A stretch of DNA of 64,000 bases from an uncultured Candidatus Saccharibacteria bacterium (GTDB taxonomy: Bacteria > Patescibacteriota > Minisyncoccia > Phycocordibacterales > CALRHW01). Positions 9,639 to 19,690 of the stretch are shown here, one piece after another. The first letter of the stretch is position 1. The number at the start of each line of letters is the position of its first letter. The notes under the pieces are model-generated. The model was not told the origin of the DNA, did not search any database, and saw nothing but the letters and a program-made list of their open reading frames with translations. Made by a program: the position numbers and the translations under genes. Location: the NCBI GenBank assembly GCA_964407105.1, contig CAYOUG010000001.1, positions 164,273-228,272 of the forward strand, written 5' to 3'.

Positions 9639-9710
9639 TGCTCTCGGAGGGATTCGAACCCCCAACAGCGGTTCCGAAGACCGACGTGATATCCATTTCA
9701 CCACGAGAGC
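9639..9710 (-). tRNA. tRNA-Arg (anticodon UCG)
   Basis: Hand fold: acceptor GCTCTCG, anticodon loop CTTCGGA (one mismatch in the anticodon stem), T-loop TTCGAAT. Confidence 0.8.
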
Positions 9711-9772
9711 AAGAACAAAAACCATCATACTCCACATTGGCTAAAAATCAAAGGATATAATACAATTTCTTT

Positions 9773-11275
9773 ATGAAAAAAAACTCCAAAGCCGTCGAAG
9801 GTTCAGTGGTTTTTGCCTTCGATATTCCAAAAGAGGTTTCACATGTAACAAAAACTCTCGAGAGTGGGGGATTTGAAGCATTTCTCGTAGGAGGTTGCGT
9901 TCGTGACCTTATTTTAGGCCTTATTCCTAAAGATTGGGACGTCACAACAAATGCTACACCAGAAGAAATTATTGCTCTTTTTCCAAAAACATTTTACGAA
10001 AATACTTATGGAACGGTTGGGGTAGTAAACGAAGAAACAGAAGAAGGATCATTAAAAGTTATCGAGGTCACTCCATATAGGCTTGAAACGTCTTATACGG
10101 ACCACAGACGTCCAGACAGCGTAACATTCAGTAAAACACTCACAGATGATTTAAAACGTCGTGATTTCACGATTAACGCGATTGCACTAAATTCAAAAGG
10201 GGAGATTGTCGATCCGCACGAAGGATTAAAAGACATTTTGTCTAAAACAATTCGTACCGTAGGAAATGCAAAAGAACGCTTCAATGAAGATGCTTTGAGA
10301 ATTATGCGTGCGGTGCGTCTTTTTGCAGAACTAGATTTTACTATCGAACAAAACACATATGAAGCAATTCAAAAACTTGCTTCTACATTAGAAAAAATTG
10401 CCAAAGAACGTATTCGTGATGAATTTATAAAAATAATAATATCATCACAACCAGCAAGGGGGATAGAAATGGCTCAAAAGCTTGGTATTTTACGTTACAT
10501 TGTACCAGAACTCGAAGAGGGACTTGGTGTTAAACAAAATCAGGCTCATGCTTTTGATGTTTGGACACACCTAATGAAGACGCTTCAACACTCCGCGGAT
10601 AAAGAGTGGCCTTTGTACATTCGTCTTGCCGCACTGTTTCACGACGTAGGAAAACCAGCTACTCGACGCTTTGATAAAGCAAAAAACGATCCGACCTTTT
10701 ATGGTCATGAGGTGGTTGGAGCAAGAATGACTGAAAAAATTATGCAAAATTTGCGTTTTTCAAAAGATCTAACAGAAAGAGTTGTGAAACTCGTACGTTG
10801 GCACATGTTTTTCTCTGATACAGAACAAATCACACTCTCTGCTGTCCGTCGACTCGTTGCAAAAGTAGGAAAGGATAATGTGTGGGATCTCATGAACGTC
10901 CGAGTTTGCGATCGTATAGGCACAGGACGACCAAAAGAAAATCCATATCGTCTACGAAAATATAAATCAATGATAGAAGAGGTAATGCGCGATCCTGTAT
11001 CTGTGGGCATGCTTGCTATAGATGGAAAAAGTGTAATGGAAGCTGCTAAAATACCAGCCGGACCCAAAATCGGACATATTTTACATGCTCTTTTGGAGGA
11101 AGTACTAGAAGATCCGACACTAAATACAAAAGAATACTTGGGTAAAAAAGCTAATGAACTAGCCAAACTTTCAGAAAAAGAACTCGAAGAAATAGGTAAA
11201 AAGGGAAAAGAAAAAAAAGAAGAAGAGGATGAAAAAGATTTAAAAGAGATACGAGACAAATATCACGTAGAGTAG
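9773..11275 (+). CDS. cca: CCA-adding tRNA nucleotidyltransferase with HD domain and a Lys/Glu-rich C-terminal tail
   Basis: GGCVRDLILG..DWDVTT polymerase-beta head motif; HD domain; ends in a KEKKEEEDEKDLKE tail. Confidence 0.85.
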   Translation: MKKNSKAVEGSVVFAFDIPKEVSHVTKTLESGGFEAFLVGGCVRDLILGLIPKDWDVTTNATPEEIIALFPKTFYENTYGTVGVVNEETEEGSLKVIEVTPYRLETSYTDHRRPDSVTFSKTLTDDLKRRDFTINAIALNSKGEIVDPHEGLKDILSKTIRTVGNAKERFNEDALRIMRAVRLFAELDFTIEQNTYEAIQKLASTLEKIAKERIRDEFIKIIISSQPARGIEMAQKLGILRYIVPELEEGLGVKQNQAHAFDVWTHLMKTLQHSADKEWPLYIRLAALFHDVGKPATRRFDKAKNDPTFYGHEVVGARMTEKIMQNLRFSKDLTERVVKLVRWHMFFSDTEQITLSAVRRLVAKVGKDNVWDLMNVRVCDRIGTGRPKENPYRLRKYKSMIEEVMRDPVSVGMLAIDGKSVMEAAKIPAGPKIGHILHALLEEVLEDPTLNTKEYLGKKANELAKLSEKELEEIGKKGKEKKEEEDEKDLKEIRDKYHVE

Positions 11276-11602
11276 AGTATAAAAAAACCGCCTGATGCAG
11301 TCCTCGTGAAAGCATAAGCGGTTTGAAGAATCCGCTCAGAATATCACAACAAGTAGAGGATCTATATCTCAAAATGTGGAGAAAAGTTGAAGATATATAT
11401 GTCCTATGTAACTCATGTGACCCAAGCGACCTTCGCGGGGTGGCCTACCCATTCTAGACAGAACGTGAGGGATTTGTCTTTTATTTTTTATGATTAGCAC
11501 AGATTCCTCCCCGATTCCTTCTAGAGTATATCATCACATAAAAGACATGCAAATATTTTGTGTGGATAACTTGTCTTTTATAAAAAAGTTGTCAAGTGTT
11601 TT

Positions 11603-12376
11603 TTATTTTTCTTTTAGATAAAGGACAATTGGACAATGATCTGAGCCGTATACTTGATCAAAGATATCCATTGATTGAACCTCAGAAATAATTTCTGAAG
11701 AAACAAAAAAATAATCTATACGCCAGCCCACATTGCGTTCACGCGCCGATGTTTTCATGTCCCAATACGTATAAGCATCTTTTTTTTCTGGATAAAAGTA
11801 TCTGAAAACATCTACAAATCCATTTTTTACAACGTCATCAATCCACGCACGTTCGATCGGTAAAAATCCTGTATTTTCTTCATTTTGCTTTGGTCGAGCA
11901 AGATCTATTTCTGTATGCGCAGTATTTATATCTCCGCAAAAAATAATATTGTGGCCTTTTTTGCGCAATTTATTGATGTATTTTAGAAATTCTTTATAAA
12001 ATTCAAGCTTATACTCAAGACGTACTGGCCCACCACCACCGTTGGGGAAGTATACGTTGATAAACACAAAATCTTTAAAATACACAGTCACAAGACGACC
12101 TTCGCGGTCGAGCACATCTACACCCATTTCGTATTCCACTTTCTCTGGCTTCACTTTTGAATAAATAGCGACACCACTGTATCCTTTTTTTTCCTTAGGA
12201 AAATCGAAAAATGAGTGGTATCCCGCTGGATTTCGTACTTCATCAGGTAGCTGATCTGGATTTGCCTTTGTCTCTTGTAAACAGAAAATGTCGGCCTTTT
12301 GCGTCAAAAGCCAATCCCATTGACCTTTTTTATGAAGCGCACGTATGCCGTTTACATTCCAAGAAATGAATTTCAT
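11603..12376 (-). CDS. xth: exodeoxyribonuclease III
   Basis: MKFISWNVNGIRA..LQETK..SDHCPI ExoIII/AP-endonuclease motifs. Confidence 0.9.
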   Translation of the reverse strand: MKFISWNVNGIRALHKKGQWDWLLTQKADIFCLQETKANPDQLPDEVRNPAGYHSFFDFPKEKKGYSGVAIYSKVKPEKVEYEMGVDVLDREGRLVTVYFKDFVFINVYFPNGGGGPVRLEYKLEFYKEFLKYINKLRKKGHNIIFCGDINTAHTEIDLARPKQNEENTGFLPIERAWIDDVVKNGFVDVFRYFYPEKKDAYTYWDMKTSARERNVGWRIDYFFVSSEIISEVQSMDIFDQVYGSDHCPIVLYLKEK

Positions 12377-12412
12377 GCACTTAATTGTAGACTACCAAGA
12401 AGCATTTTGCAC

Positions 12413-13402
12413 TTATTTCTTATTATGAAACTTTTTATGCACTTCGCGGAGGTGTTTGTCAGTAAGATGAGTATAAATCTGTGTCGTACCAATGTTTGCA
12501 TGACCCAAAAGCATCTGCACAGAACGAAGATCGGCTCCATTTTGAAGTAAATCCGTCGCAAATGAGTGACGAATGACGTGTGGCGTCACTTTTTTAGTAA
12601 TCCCAGCTTTTATAGCGTAATATTTTACCAAACGTTCCACCGAGCGGGGAGTAAGGCGTGTGTCGTCTTTGTTTCCAACGTTTTTACCAAATTGTACAAA
12701 AAGTGCATCGTCAACATCCGTCCTCTTTGCGAGATATTTTTTAAGAGAATTTTTGGCATTATCCGAAAGAAATACCACACGCACCTTTTCGCCCTTACCG
12801 CGCACAGAAAACTCTTCACTTTTTAAATCTAAATCGCGTGTGAGGGAACAAAGCTCTGAAACACGTAGTCCTGTAGAGAAAAGAAGCTCTAAGATAGCAG
12901 CATCACGTAGAGATTTTACATCCTCTCCCTTTGGAGCAGACATGAGGCGGTCGAGTTCATCACGAGAAATGAGATCTATAGAACGTTCGGCTACTTTTGC
13001 AAGCTCTATTTGGTCTGGGTGCAAAGAAACAACCCTTCGACGAGCTAAATATTTTAAAAATGAACGTAACGCAATAAGATAATAATTTTGAGTGCGTTTT
13101 TTAAGACTGTCTGCACCGCCCTGTACACCAGCTTCTTTTTTGCCGGATTTTTGACGATTGAGCCACAGGCGATACTCACGCAAGACAGAGTCGTTGATAT
13201 CAGATGGGTTTTTCACCTTTGAAAATTCGAAAAAACGATCCAAATAGTGTTCATAATTTTGCACCGTTTTTAAACTGCGACCTTTTTCAATCTCTATATA
13301 TTCGAGATATTGACGTTTAAGTTCGGTCAGTTCGCTTTTTTGCTGACTTTCAGTTTTTTCGACCGGTTTTTCATTTTTTTTTAAATTTTTCTCTTGAGGC
13401 AT
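12413..13402 (-). CDS. tyrosine site-specific recombinase, XerC/XerD-like
   Basis: C-terminal RHSFATDLL..LLGHANIGTTQIYTHL catalytic motifs (R..H..R..Y). Confidence 0.85.
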   Translation of the reverse strand: MPQEKNLKKNEKPVEKTESQQKSELTELKRQYLEYIEIEKGRSLKTVQNYEHYLDRFFEFSKVKNPSDINDSVLREYRLWLNRQKSGKKEAGVQGGADSLKKRTQNYYLIALRSFLKYLARRRVVSLHPDQIELAKVAERSIDLISRDELDRLMSAPKGEDVKSLRDAAILELLFSTGLRVSELCSLTRDLDLKSEEFSVRGKGEKVRVVFLSDNAKNSLKKYLAKRTDVDDALFVQFGKNVGNKDDTRLTPRSVERLVKYYAIKAGITKKVTPHVIRHSFATDLLQNGADLRSVQMLLGHANIGTTQIYTHLTDKHLREVHKKFHNKK

Positions 13403-13448
13403 AAAATATTTTGCGACACTACTTATAGTATCACCAATAACAATTAGT

Positions 13449-14831
13449 ATGCTAGAATATATTTTAATGATTTCTCAAGAGGTGATCGTTCTTATATTAT
13501 TTGTATTAAGCTGCGCACAACTTATCTTTCTCGTTCGAAAATTGAAGTGGTCAGTATTTAAACAAAATATGTCGTCATATTTAATGCCGACATTTTCGGT
13601 TGTAACTTTTTATCTCTCATTATTTGTGCTTTTTATCAGTATCATTGAAGGTGTTGTGTTTGTGTTGCTTCCATTGATTGGATATTCATTGTCAAGCCAT
13701 TTCTCTGTTATCCGTGGTAATGGTTGGGGTACTCTTCTATTTTTAATTTATATATTATACCCAACACTTATTCTGTACACTTTTTTTACAACACTTGGAT
13801 GTATAGGACTTTTTATACACAAAATCACATCAGGATCATGGAAACGTATGCCAATGTGGCTCGTTGCATTTCTTGTAAGTACAATTGCTCTTCTTTCGAT
13901 GTTTGGACTTGTGATTTTTGTTTCTGATTTTTTTGACAACGTCATACAACGTTGGATTTCAAAAACGCTTACCTTATTTTATCGTGAATACGATCATGCT
14001 CCGTCACCTTTCTCTATAGTTTTCATATATCTTATGTTTTTGATTCAGGCAATAATTTCAGTTGCATACGCTTTTCGTCTCCGGGGGAGAGCGTGGTTTT
14101 ATTGGTTTTTAGCATTAATACACTCCATCTCGTTTTTGATTAGTTTCGGTGTAAATTCTTTTTTTCCATATCTTTTTATCATTACTCCCGCTTCGATAAT
14201 TGCAGCAATCGTATACGCACTTCATGGTAGTATTCATCCAAAGAAAATTATTGTTACAGGACTTATTATGATTGGGGTGTGTGCAATTATTACAGGGACA
14301 ATGATTGGACCAAATATTGCATCGTTTATTCGATACGGTATTGCTGGAGAAATAACTCTGCATATTGATTGCCCAGAATGTGTTGGTGATTCTCAGGTGT
14401 ACAAAATGACTGAACTTATGTTGTGTTCAAAAAATACTCTTTCTCAGGTAATGGATGGTAAGTTATCTGATCCGACTGATTTTTACACGAGCACCAGACA
14501 AGAGTTTTCATTTCCTTTATGCAATGCTGGCGGTACATGCCTACCATTCACTTGTGCAGTAAACAAGCGAGGCAATACGGCGGTAATAGGACATGAATTT
14601 TATTCAAGACCAGAAGTATGCTCAACTATAAAAATCTTTGATTCGCGAACATGGACAGCAAAAAACTTTAATGAATTTAAAACTCCACAGAATTGCGAGC
14701 AAAAATGTAATTCTATTGTTACAGCAAATAATAACAATTTCTGTTTGGGGCGATCTTTTGAATCATACAGTTCTCCACACCCCTTTGTAGAAAAAGTGTA
14801 TACCTGCGGATGTGTTATTAATACTTTGTAA
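13449..14831 (+). CDS. polytopic membrane protein with a C-terminal Cys-rich extracytoplasmic domain
   Basis: About ten hydrophobic segments followed by a roughly 150-aa domain with more than ten Cys; no recognisable family. Confidence 0.5.
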   Translation: MLEYILMISQEVIVLILFVLSCAQLIFLVRKLKWSVFKQNMSSYLMPTFSVVTFYLSLFVLFISIIEGVVFVLLPLIGYSLSSHFSVIRGNGWGTLLFLIYILYPTLILYTFFTTLGCIGLFIHKITSGSWKRMPMWLVAFLVSTIALLSMFGLVIFVSDFFDNVIQRWISKTLTLFYREYDHAPSPFSIVFIYLMFLIQAIISVAYAFRLRGRAWFYWFLALIHSISFLISFGVNSFFPYLFIITPASIIAAIVYALHGSIHPKKIIVTGLIMIGVCAIITGTMIGPNIASFIRYGIAGEITLHIDCPECVGDSQVYKMTELMLCSKNTLSQVMDGKLSDPTDFYTSTRQEFSFPLCNAGGTCLPFTCAVNKRGNTAVIGHEFYSRPEVCSTIKIFDSRTWTAKNFNEFKTPQNCEQKCNSIVTANNNNFCLGRSFESYSSPHPFVEKVYTCGCVINTL

Positions 14832-14882
14832 TAACCAATAGATCTCCTAGACACAACACGAAATAAAGGCACTCACAAGAGG

Positions 14883-15821
14883 ATGCTTGTGCTAGAATAT
14901 AAACATATGAAAACAACAATCATTACGCTTGTCATTATTATTATCGCGGGTTTAGGTTTTTATTTCTTTAGCCAAAAAAATTCAAATCAACAAAATTTAG
15001 TAACAGAACAAAACACACCAGTTACAGTTGTACCGCCCGTAGCTACCACAACTGAAGTAAAAGAACTTGCAAACGGCGAAACATTCGTTCTTGGCACATC
15101 AGTAGAAAAACGAGACATCGTTGCATACAATTTTGGTAAAGGAGACAAAGAACTTATTTTCATTGGAGGCATTCATGGTGGATATGCATGGAACACAGCT
15201 CTCTTGGGATACGAAATGGTTGATTATTTAACCAAAAATCCAAACACGATACCAGAAGGCACAAAAATAACAGTCGTTCCAGTATTAAATCCAGACGGTC
15301 TTTTTAAAACAGTTGGTACCTCAACCCGTTTTTCAGCAAAAGATGTTCCATCTTCTACAAGTTTACAAACCGCTGGACGTTTTAACGCAAACACCGTTGA
15401 TCTCAACCGCAATTTTGATTGTGATTGGCAAGCTTCTAGTAAATGGCAAAACAAAACAGTAAGCGGTGGCACCAAAGCTTTCTCAGAACCAGAAACACTT
15501 GCTCTTAAAAATTATGTAGAAAAAAACAAACCCGCAGCAGTGGTAGCATACTATAGTGCTGCCGGAGGAGTATTTGCATCAAATTGTCACAATGGCGTAT
15601 CAACAGAAACACAAGCACTCACAAAAGCTTACTCTGATGCGTCTGAATACAAGGCATACCAAGATTTCGATTTCTACGAAACAACAGGCGACATGACCAA
15701 CTGGCTAGCAAAAATTAACATTCCTGCAATCAGCGTTCTTCTTACAAATCACACAGACACTGAGTGGACAAAAAACAAAGCGGGTATCGACGCATTGTTA
15801 AAATATTTCTCTAACAAATAG
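14883..15821 (+). CDS. M14-like zinc-carboxypeptidase superfamily protein, probable inactive paralog
   Basis: Signal anchor; NPDG and DLNRNFDC motifs of the M14/AstE-AspA fold; HGGYAWN replaces HGGYEWN and the second His is missing; alternative start 14907. Confidence 0.55.
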   Translation: MLVLEYKHMKTTIITLVIIIIAGLGFYFFSQKNSNQQNLVTEQNTPVTVVPPVATTTEVKELANGETFVLGTSVEKRDIVAYNFGKGDKELIFIGGIHGGYAWNTALLGYEMVDYLTKNPNTIPEGTKITVVPVLNPDGLFKTVGTSTRFSAKDVPSSTSLQTAGRFNANTVDLNRNFDCDWQASSKWQNKTVSGGTKAFSEPETLALKNYVEKNKPAAVVAYYSAAGGVFASNCHNGVSTETQALTKAYSDASEYKAYQDFDFYETTGDMTNWLAKINIPAISVLLTNHTDTEWTKNKAGIDALLKYFSNK

Positions 15822-15827
15822 CAAGTA

Positions 15828-16712
15828 ATGGGATCAATTTCAATCAAGAAGATTCTTATACTTCTTTGTGTTGTATTTGTATTAGGTATTGGTGCGGTTA
15901 CAACGTTAAACCGCAAAAACACACCCACAGTAATTCAGCCGACAGTTGAAAAAGTTTCTGTTACATATCCAATAGAAAAAGTGATCGGTAAGTCGGTGGA
16001 AGGAAGAAATATTTCTGCATATACTTACGGAAACGGACAAAAAAATCTCGTTTTTGTAGGCGGTATTCATGGTGGCTATGAGTGGAACAGTGTTTTGCTC
16101 GCTTATGAATTCATGGATTATTTAAAAGCAAACCCCGCAATAATTCCAGAAAAAATTAAGGTGACCGTCATTCCGTCCCTAAATCCTGATGCGGTTTTTA
16201 AGGTTGTGAACAAAGAAGGACATTTTGTTGCAACAGACGTATCAAAAAATGAAGAACTTCTCTCCTCTGCACGTTTTAACACTCACAACGTAGACCTCAA
16301 TCGCAATTTTGATTGCAATTGGGCATCAACGAGCATGTGGAAATCAAAAGTAGTAAGCGCGGGTACTGCGCCACATTCTGAACCAGAAGCAAAAGCTTTT
16401 GTGGATTTTGCTCTTGCAGAAAAACCAGCAATGGTTCTTTTCTGGCATAGTCAAGCTGGTGCAGTGTATGCCTCTTTCTGTGATGGGGAAATTTTGCCTG
16501 AAACAGACACACTGTATAAAGCATACTCAGCGACTTCTGGATACAAAGCCGAAAAAACATTCACAAATTATTCAATCTCTGGTGACGCGGGGGATTGGCT
16601 TGCAAAAATTGGTATTCCCGCTATTTCTGTAGAGCTCACCGACCACCAAAACACTGAGTTTGAGCGAAACTTAAAGGGAATATTGGCGTTATTTGAATAC
16701 TTTAAGAAATAG
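15828..16712 (+). CDS. M14-like zinc-carboxypeptidase superfamily protein (murein-peptide peptidase-like)
   Basis: GGIHGGYEW, NPDA, DLNRNFDCNW and WHSQ motifs consistent with His-Glu-His ligands; tandem paralog of the upstream gene. Confidence 0.6.
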   Translation: MGSISIKKILILLCVVFVLGIGAVTTLNRKNTPTVIQPTVEKVSVTYPIEKVIGKSVEGRNISAYTYGNGQKNLVFVGGIHGGYEWNSVLLAYEFMDYLKANPAIIPEKIKVTVIPSLNPDAVFKVVNKEGHFVATDVSKNEELLSSARFNTHNVDLNRNFDCNWASTSMWKSKVVSAGTAPHSEPEAKAFVDFALAEKPAMVLFWHSQAGAVYASFCDGEILPETDTLYKAYSATSGYKAEKTFTNYSISGDAGDWLAKIGIPAISVELTDHQNTEFERNLKGILALFEYFKK

Positions 16713-16757
16713 AGGCTGGCGTTTGAACATCGTAAGAAAAACCCCCTAAAATGTGTT

Positions 16758-16831
16758 TCGAAAACCACGCATAAATCGCTGCTGCGATTTTGCTACGCTC
16801 GGCGCCGTTGCGCCTGCGCGATGCTTTTCTC
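16758..16831 (+). repeat. family B GC-rich element, copy B2
   Basis: Core ATCGCTGCTGCGATTTTGCT..CGCTCGGCGCCGTTGCGCCTGCGCGA shared with 61234-61306; embedded between a 20-bp inverted repeat (16737-16757 / 16832-16851). Confidence 0.75.
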
Positions 16832-16890
16832 AACATATTTTAGGGGGTTTTCTTGCATTTATATGGCATTTATGCTATTCTCATCACACA

Positions 16891-17163
16891 ATGCTTACGA
16901 AAACAAAGAAACAAAAGGTTATTGCGGTGGCAAAAATCCACGATGTGGATACGGGCTCACCGGAAGTTCAAATCGCCCTCCTTTCTAAAAGAATCGAGGA
17001 TTTAGCGGCTCATTTAAAGAAAAACACCAAAGATACTCATTCTCGACGTGGACTTCTTCAAATGGTGGCAGATCGCCAAAAGCACATGAAATATTTGCAG
17101 AAAAAGAGCACTAAACGCTTCAATGCAATCATGAAAAAGCTTGAACTCAAGAAAAAAGCCTAA
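16891..17163 (+). CDS. rpsO: 30S ribosomal protein S15
   Basis: 90-aa S15 (..HSRRGLLQMV..RQKHMKYL); the six-frame ORF starting at 16753 is an artefactual extension through element B2. Confidence 0.9.
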   Translation: MLTKTKKQKVIAVAKIHDVDTGSPEVQIALLSKRIEDLAAHLKKNTKDTHSRRGLLQMVADRQKHMKYLQKKSTKRFNAIMKKLELKKKA

Positions 17164-17181
17164 GTCAACTAATCAGTTTTC

Positions 17182-17208
17182 AAAAAAGCAACCACGAGGT
17201 GCTTTTTT
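17182..17208 (+). terminator. terminator-like hairpin after rpsO
   Basis: AAAAAGCAACC-acgag-GTGCTTTTTT. Confidence 0.5.
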
Positions 17209-17361
17209 GTTTGATATACTAAAGTAGCGCGGGTCGATATTTCGCGCCGATCTTTGAAAAATTATTTTCATACGTATTTCATAAGCATTCGCCGACAACG
17301 GCACATTTTAAAACTTAAAACCTTTTAAAATATTTAAAAAAATAAAACACCATTTAAAAAA

Positions 17362-17979
17362 ATGACAGTTATAAAACACAAAAATCAACGAGTAGGAATT
17401 TTTATCGATACTCAAAATCTTTATCATAGTGCAAAAAATTTATACAAAGCACGCGTCAACTTTGGACAAGTAGTAAAAGATGCATTGGCAGGCAGATCAC
17501 TCATCCGCGCAGTAGCGTATGTGATTACCACAGAATCAGGAGAAGAAAAAAACTTTTTTGAAGCTCTTGGAAAAGTGGGAATTGAAACAAAAACAAAAAA
17601 TCTTCAAATATTTGCTGGTGGAGCAAAAAAAGCAGACTGGGATGTAGGCCTTGCTGTAGACGCAATTTCACTTGCGCCAAAACTCGACACAGTTATTATC
17701 GTATCGGGCGACGGAGACTTTGTGCCACTTGTAGAATATTTAAAAATTAACGAGGGGTGCCAGGTAGAAGCGGTTGCGTTTGGAAAATCTTCATCAGCAA
17801 AACTTATTGAAGCGGCAGACGACTTTATTGATCTCGACAACAATCCAAGAAAATATTTAATGAATTTTGGACGCACACCAATACAACACGACACACGTCG
17901 AAGACAGGGAAGAGGAGACGCAACACAAGACGAAACGTATAACGAAACGTTTGAAGAATCCGCAACAGAAACCCAATAA
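17362..17979 (+). CDS. NYN (LabA-like) domain protein, putative RNase, with a disordered acidic C-terminal tail
   Basis: VGIFIDTQNLY and IIVSGDGDF PIN-like NYN motifs. Confidence 0.65.
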   Translation: MTVIKHKNQRVGIFIDTQNLYHSAKNLYKARVNFGQVVKDALAGRSLIRAVAYVITTESGEEKNFFEALGKVGIETKTKNLQIFAGGAKKADWDVGLAVDAISLAPKLDTVIIVSGDGDFVPLVEYLKINEGCQVEAVAFGKSSSAKLIEAADDFIDLDNNPRKYLMNFGRTPIQHDTRRRQGRGDATQDETYNETFEESATETQ

Positions 17980-17990
17980 AAAATATATCA

Positions 17991-18021
17991 AAAACACACC
18001 CAAGACATCAGGTGTGTTTTT
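17991..18021 (+). terminator. intrinsic terminator
   Basis: AAAAACACACC-caagacatca-GGTGTGTTTTT. Confidence 0.6.
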
Positions 18022-18029
18022 GATATATA

Positions 18030-19025
18030 ATGGAAAAAACAATATATCGTATGGAACCAGATTTACTCAAACCAATAGATACAAAAACAACCACCAACGC
18101 TTCTACACCTGTACAAAAAAGTGATATTCTAAAACCTTTGCGCACATACGAACGCGACATTGCTGATTTGGTACGAGCACATCAAGTGTCAACAGTACAA
18201 ATAAATATTGCCGAACAAAAAAAAGTAGAAAAACTTCCTGAACCAGAAAAAAAACAAATACAAAAAGAGCGACAAGAAGAACGTAAAGAGTTACTTCAAA
18301 AAACAGAAGTGGTGACACGCAATTCCATTTTTTCTATACTCAGCATAATACTCATCATTATTGGCGCGTCAGTTTTTGTTTTATTTTTCATCAACAAACC
18401 AAACAGCATCACAACGAATACAACAAACCCAGAATTAATAACATCTATTCCGAGTGATTTGGAATACGGCATTGTACTTGATATTTCAACACAACCACAA
18501 CTCGCAAAACAATTTTCAGATTTAGTACAATCAACAAAAGATAATTCTTTAACTCATGTAAAATTTTTGGTGGGCACTATTAATAATGTAAAAGAGGCGA
18601 GCCCAGAAACATTTTTTAGAGCAACAGCACCAAATATTCCAGCCTCACTTACACGCGCACTTAACACAACAATGTTTGCTGGAATTTATGCAAACAATGA
18701 TAAACATCCGTTTTTTATTATAAGTGTTGATACTTTTGATAAAGCTTTTGAGGGAATGCTGGAGTGGGAAAAAAACATGTATCAAGATTTTGGAATATTT
18801 GTGCGCACAAACAAAACAAATTCTTCTGTCGCTTTTGGCACACCACCTTTTGTATTTGAAGATGAAATTATACAAAACAAAGATACTCGCATATTAAAAA
18901 ATAATCAGGGTGAAGTGGTAATGATTTACTCATTCATTGATGAACAAACGCTTTTTATTGTTGACAATGAAGAAACTTTTAAAGAAATTCTAAATCGATT
19001 TTCTTCAGCAAAATTTGTGCGATAA
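18030..19025 (+). CDS. single-pass membrane hypothetical protein
   Basis: Charged N-terminal region, one TM helix (IFSILSIILIIIGASVFVLFFI), roughly 200-aa extracytoplasmic domain. Confidence 0.5.
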   Translation: MEKTIYRMEPDLLKPIDTKTTTNASTPVQKSDILKPLRTYERDIADLVRAHQVSTVQINIAEQKKVEKLPEPEKKQIQKERQEERKELLQKTEVVTRNSIFSILSIILIIIGASVFVLFFINKPNSITTNTTNPELITSIPSDLEYGIVLDISTQPQLAKQFSDLVQSTKDNSLTHVKFLVGTINNVKEASPETFFRATAPNIPASLTRALNTTMFAGIYANNDKHPFFIISVDTFDKAFEGMLEWEKNMYQDFGIFVRTNKTNSSVAFGTPPFVFEDEIIQNKDTRILKNNQGEVVMIYSFIDEQTLFIVDNEETFKEILNRFSSAKFVR

Positions 19026-19081
19026 TTTTTTCTCTAGCGTATTTGTGTGTGGGTTGCGAGGGTTATGTATTCTGCTATGAT

Positions 19082-19453
19082 ATGGAACATATGACAGAAA
19101 TAAATACAACACATTTCAAAGAAAAACTTGAAACAGAATTAGCAAAAGTGAAAGCTGAACTTAAAACGGTTGGTATAGAAGATCCAGCAAGTCATGATTG
19201 GCAAGCATCACCACCAAGCACAGATGACACTTCTTCAGCAGATGAAAATGAGATGGCTGATCGAATAGAAGAGTATGAAGATAACGCTGGAATTTTAAAA
19301 GAACTAGAAATTCAATATAACGAAATTGTAGTAGCACTTAAAAAAATTGAAGCTGGTACTTATGGTATTTGTGAAATAGACGGTGGACAAATAGAGCACG
19401 AAAGACTTGAGGCAAATCCAGGAGCAACAACGTGCATGAAACACATGAAGTAG
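19082..19453 (+). CDS. DksA/TraR-family protein with a degenerate (C-D-C-H) zinc finger
   Basis: Coiled-coil N-terminus; C-terminal ICEIDGGQIEHERLEANPGATTCMKH aligns to DksA CxxC..RLEAxP..CxxC with Cys-to-Asp and Cys-to-His replacements. Confidence 0.55.
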   Translation: MEHMTEINTTHFKEKLETELAKVKAELKTVGIEDPASHDWQASPPSTDDTSSADENEMADRIEEYEDNAGILKELEIQYNEIVVALKKIEAGTYGICEIDGGQIEHERLEANPGATTCMKHMK

Positions 19454-19495
19454 GTTGCTGGTGTTTTGAAACAAAAAGAAAAAGTGGTGTTTAGG

Positions 19496-19558
19496 GGGGT
19501 CTCGAGCGCGACGGCGCGAGAGCTTCAGGATTTTTTAAGCTTCAAAAAATCCGTACCC
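19496..19558 (+). repeat. family A element copy A3
   Basis: 63-bp core identical to A1; in the loop of a local inverted repeat (GTGGTGTTTAGG / CCTAAACACCAC) just after the DksA-like gene. Confidence 0.85.
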
Positions 19559-19690
19559 CTAAACACCACTTTTTCTTTTTGTTTCACACTCACGTTATCC
19601 ACAGTGATATCGTTTTCTTTAACATTTCTTTAGGGAAACTTTATCTCCGCTTTGATGTAATACAGACATTAGCAACAGTTTCACTGTTAT

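Noticed and set aside
12413-13402. Tyrosine recombinase as the integrase of an integrated element next to the tRNA cluster
   Set aside because: It has XerC/D-type motifs. No flanking direct repeats, phage genes or compositional shift mark an island. Most likely the chromosomal dimer-resolution recombinase.
16753-16890. N-terminal 46-aa extension of the rpsO ORF
   Set aside because: The extension is the family B element B2 plus its flanking hairpin; S15 homology begins at the ATG at 16891.
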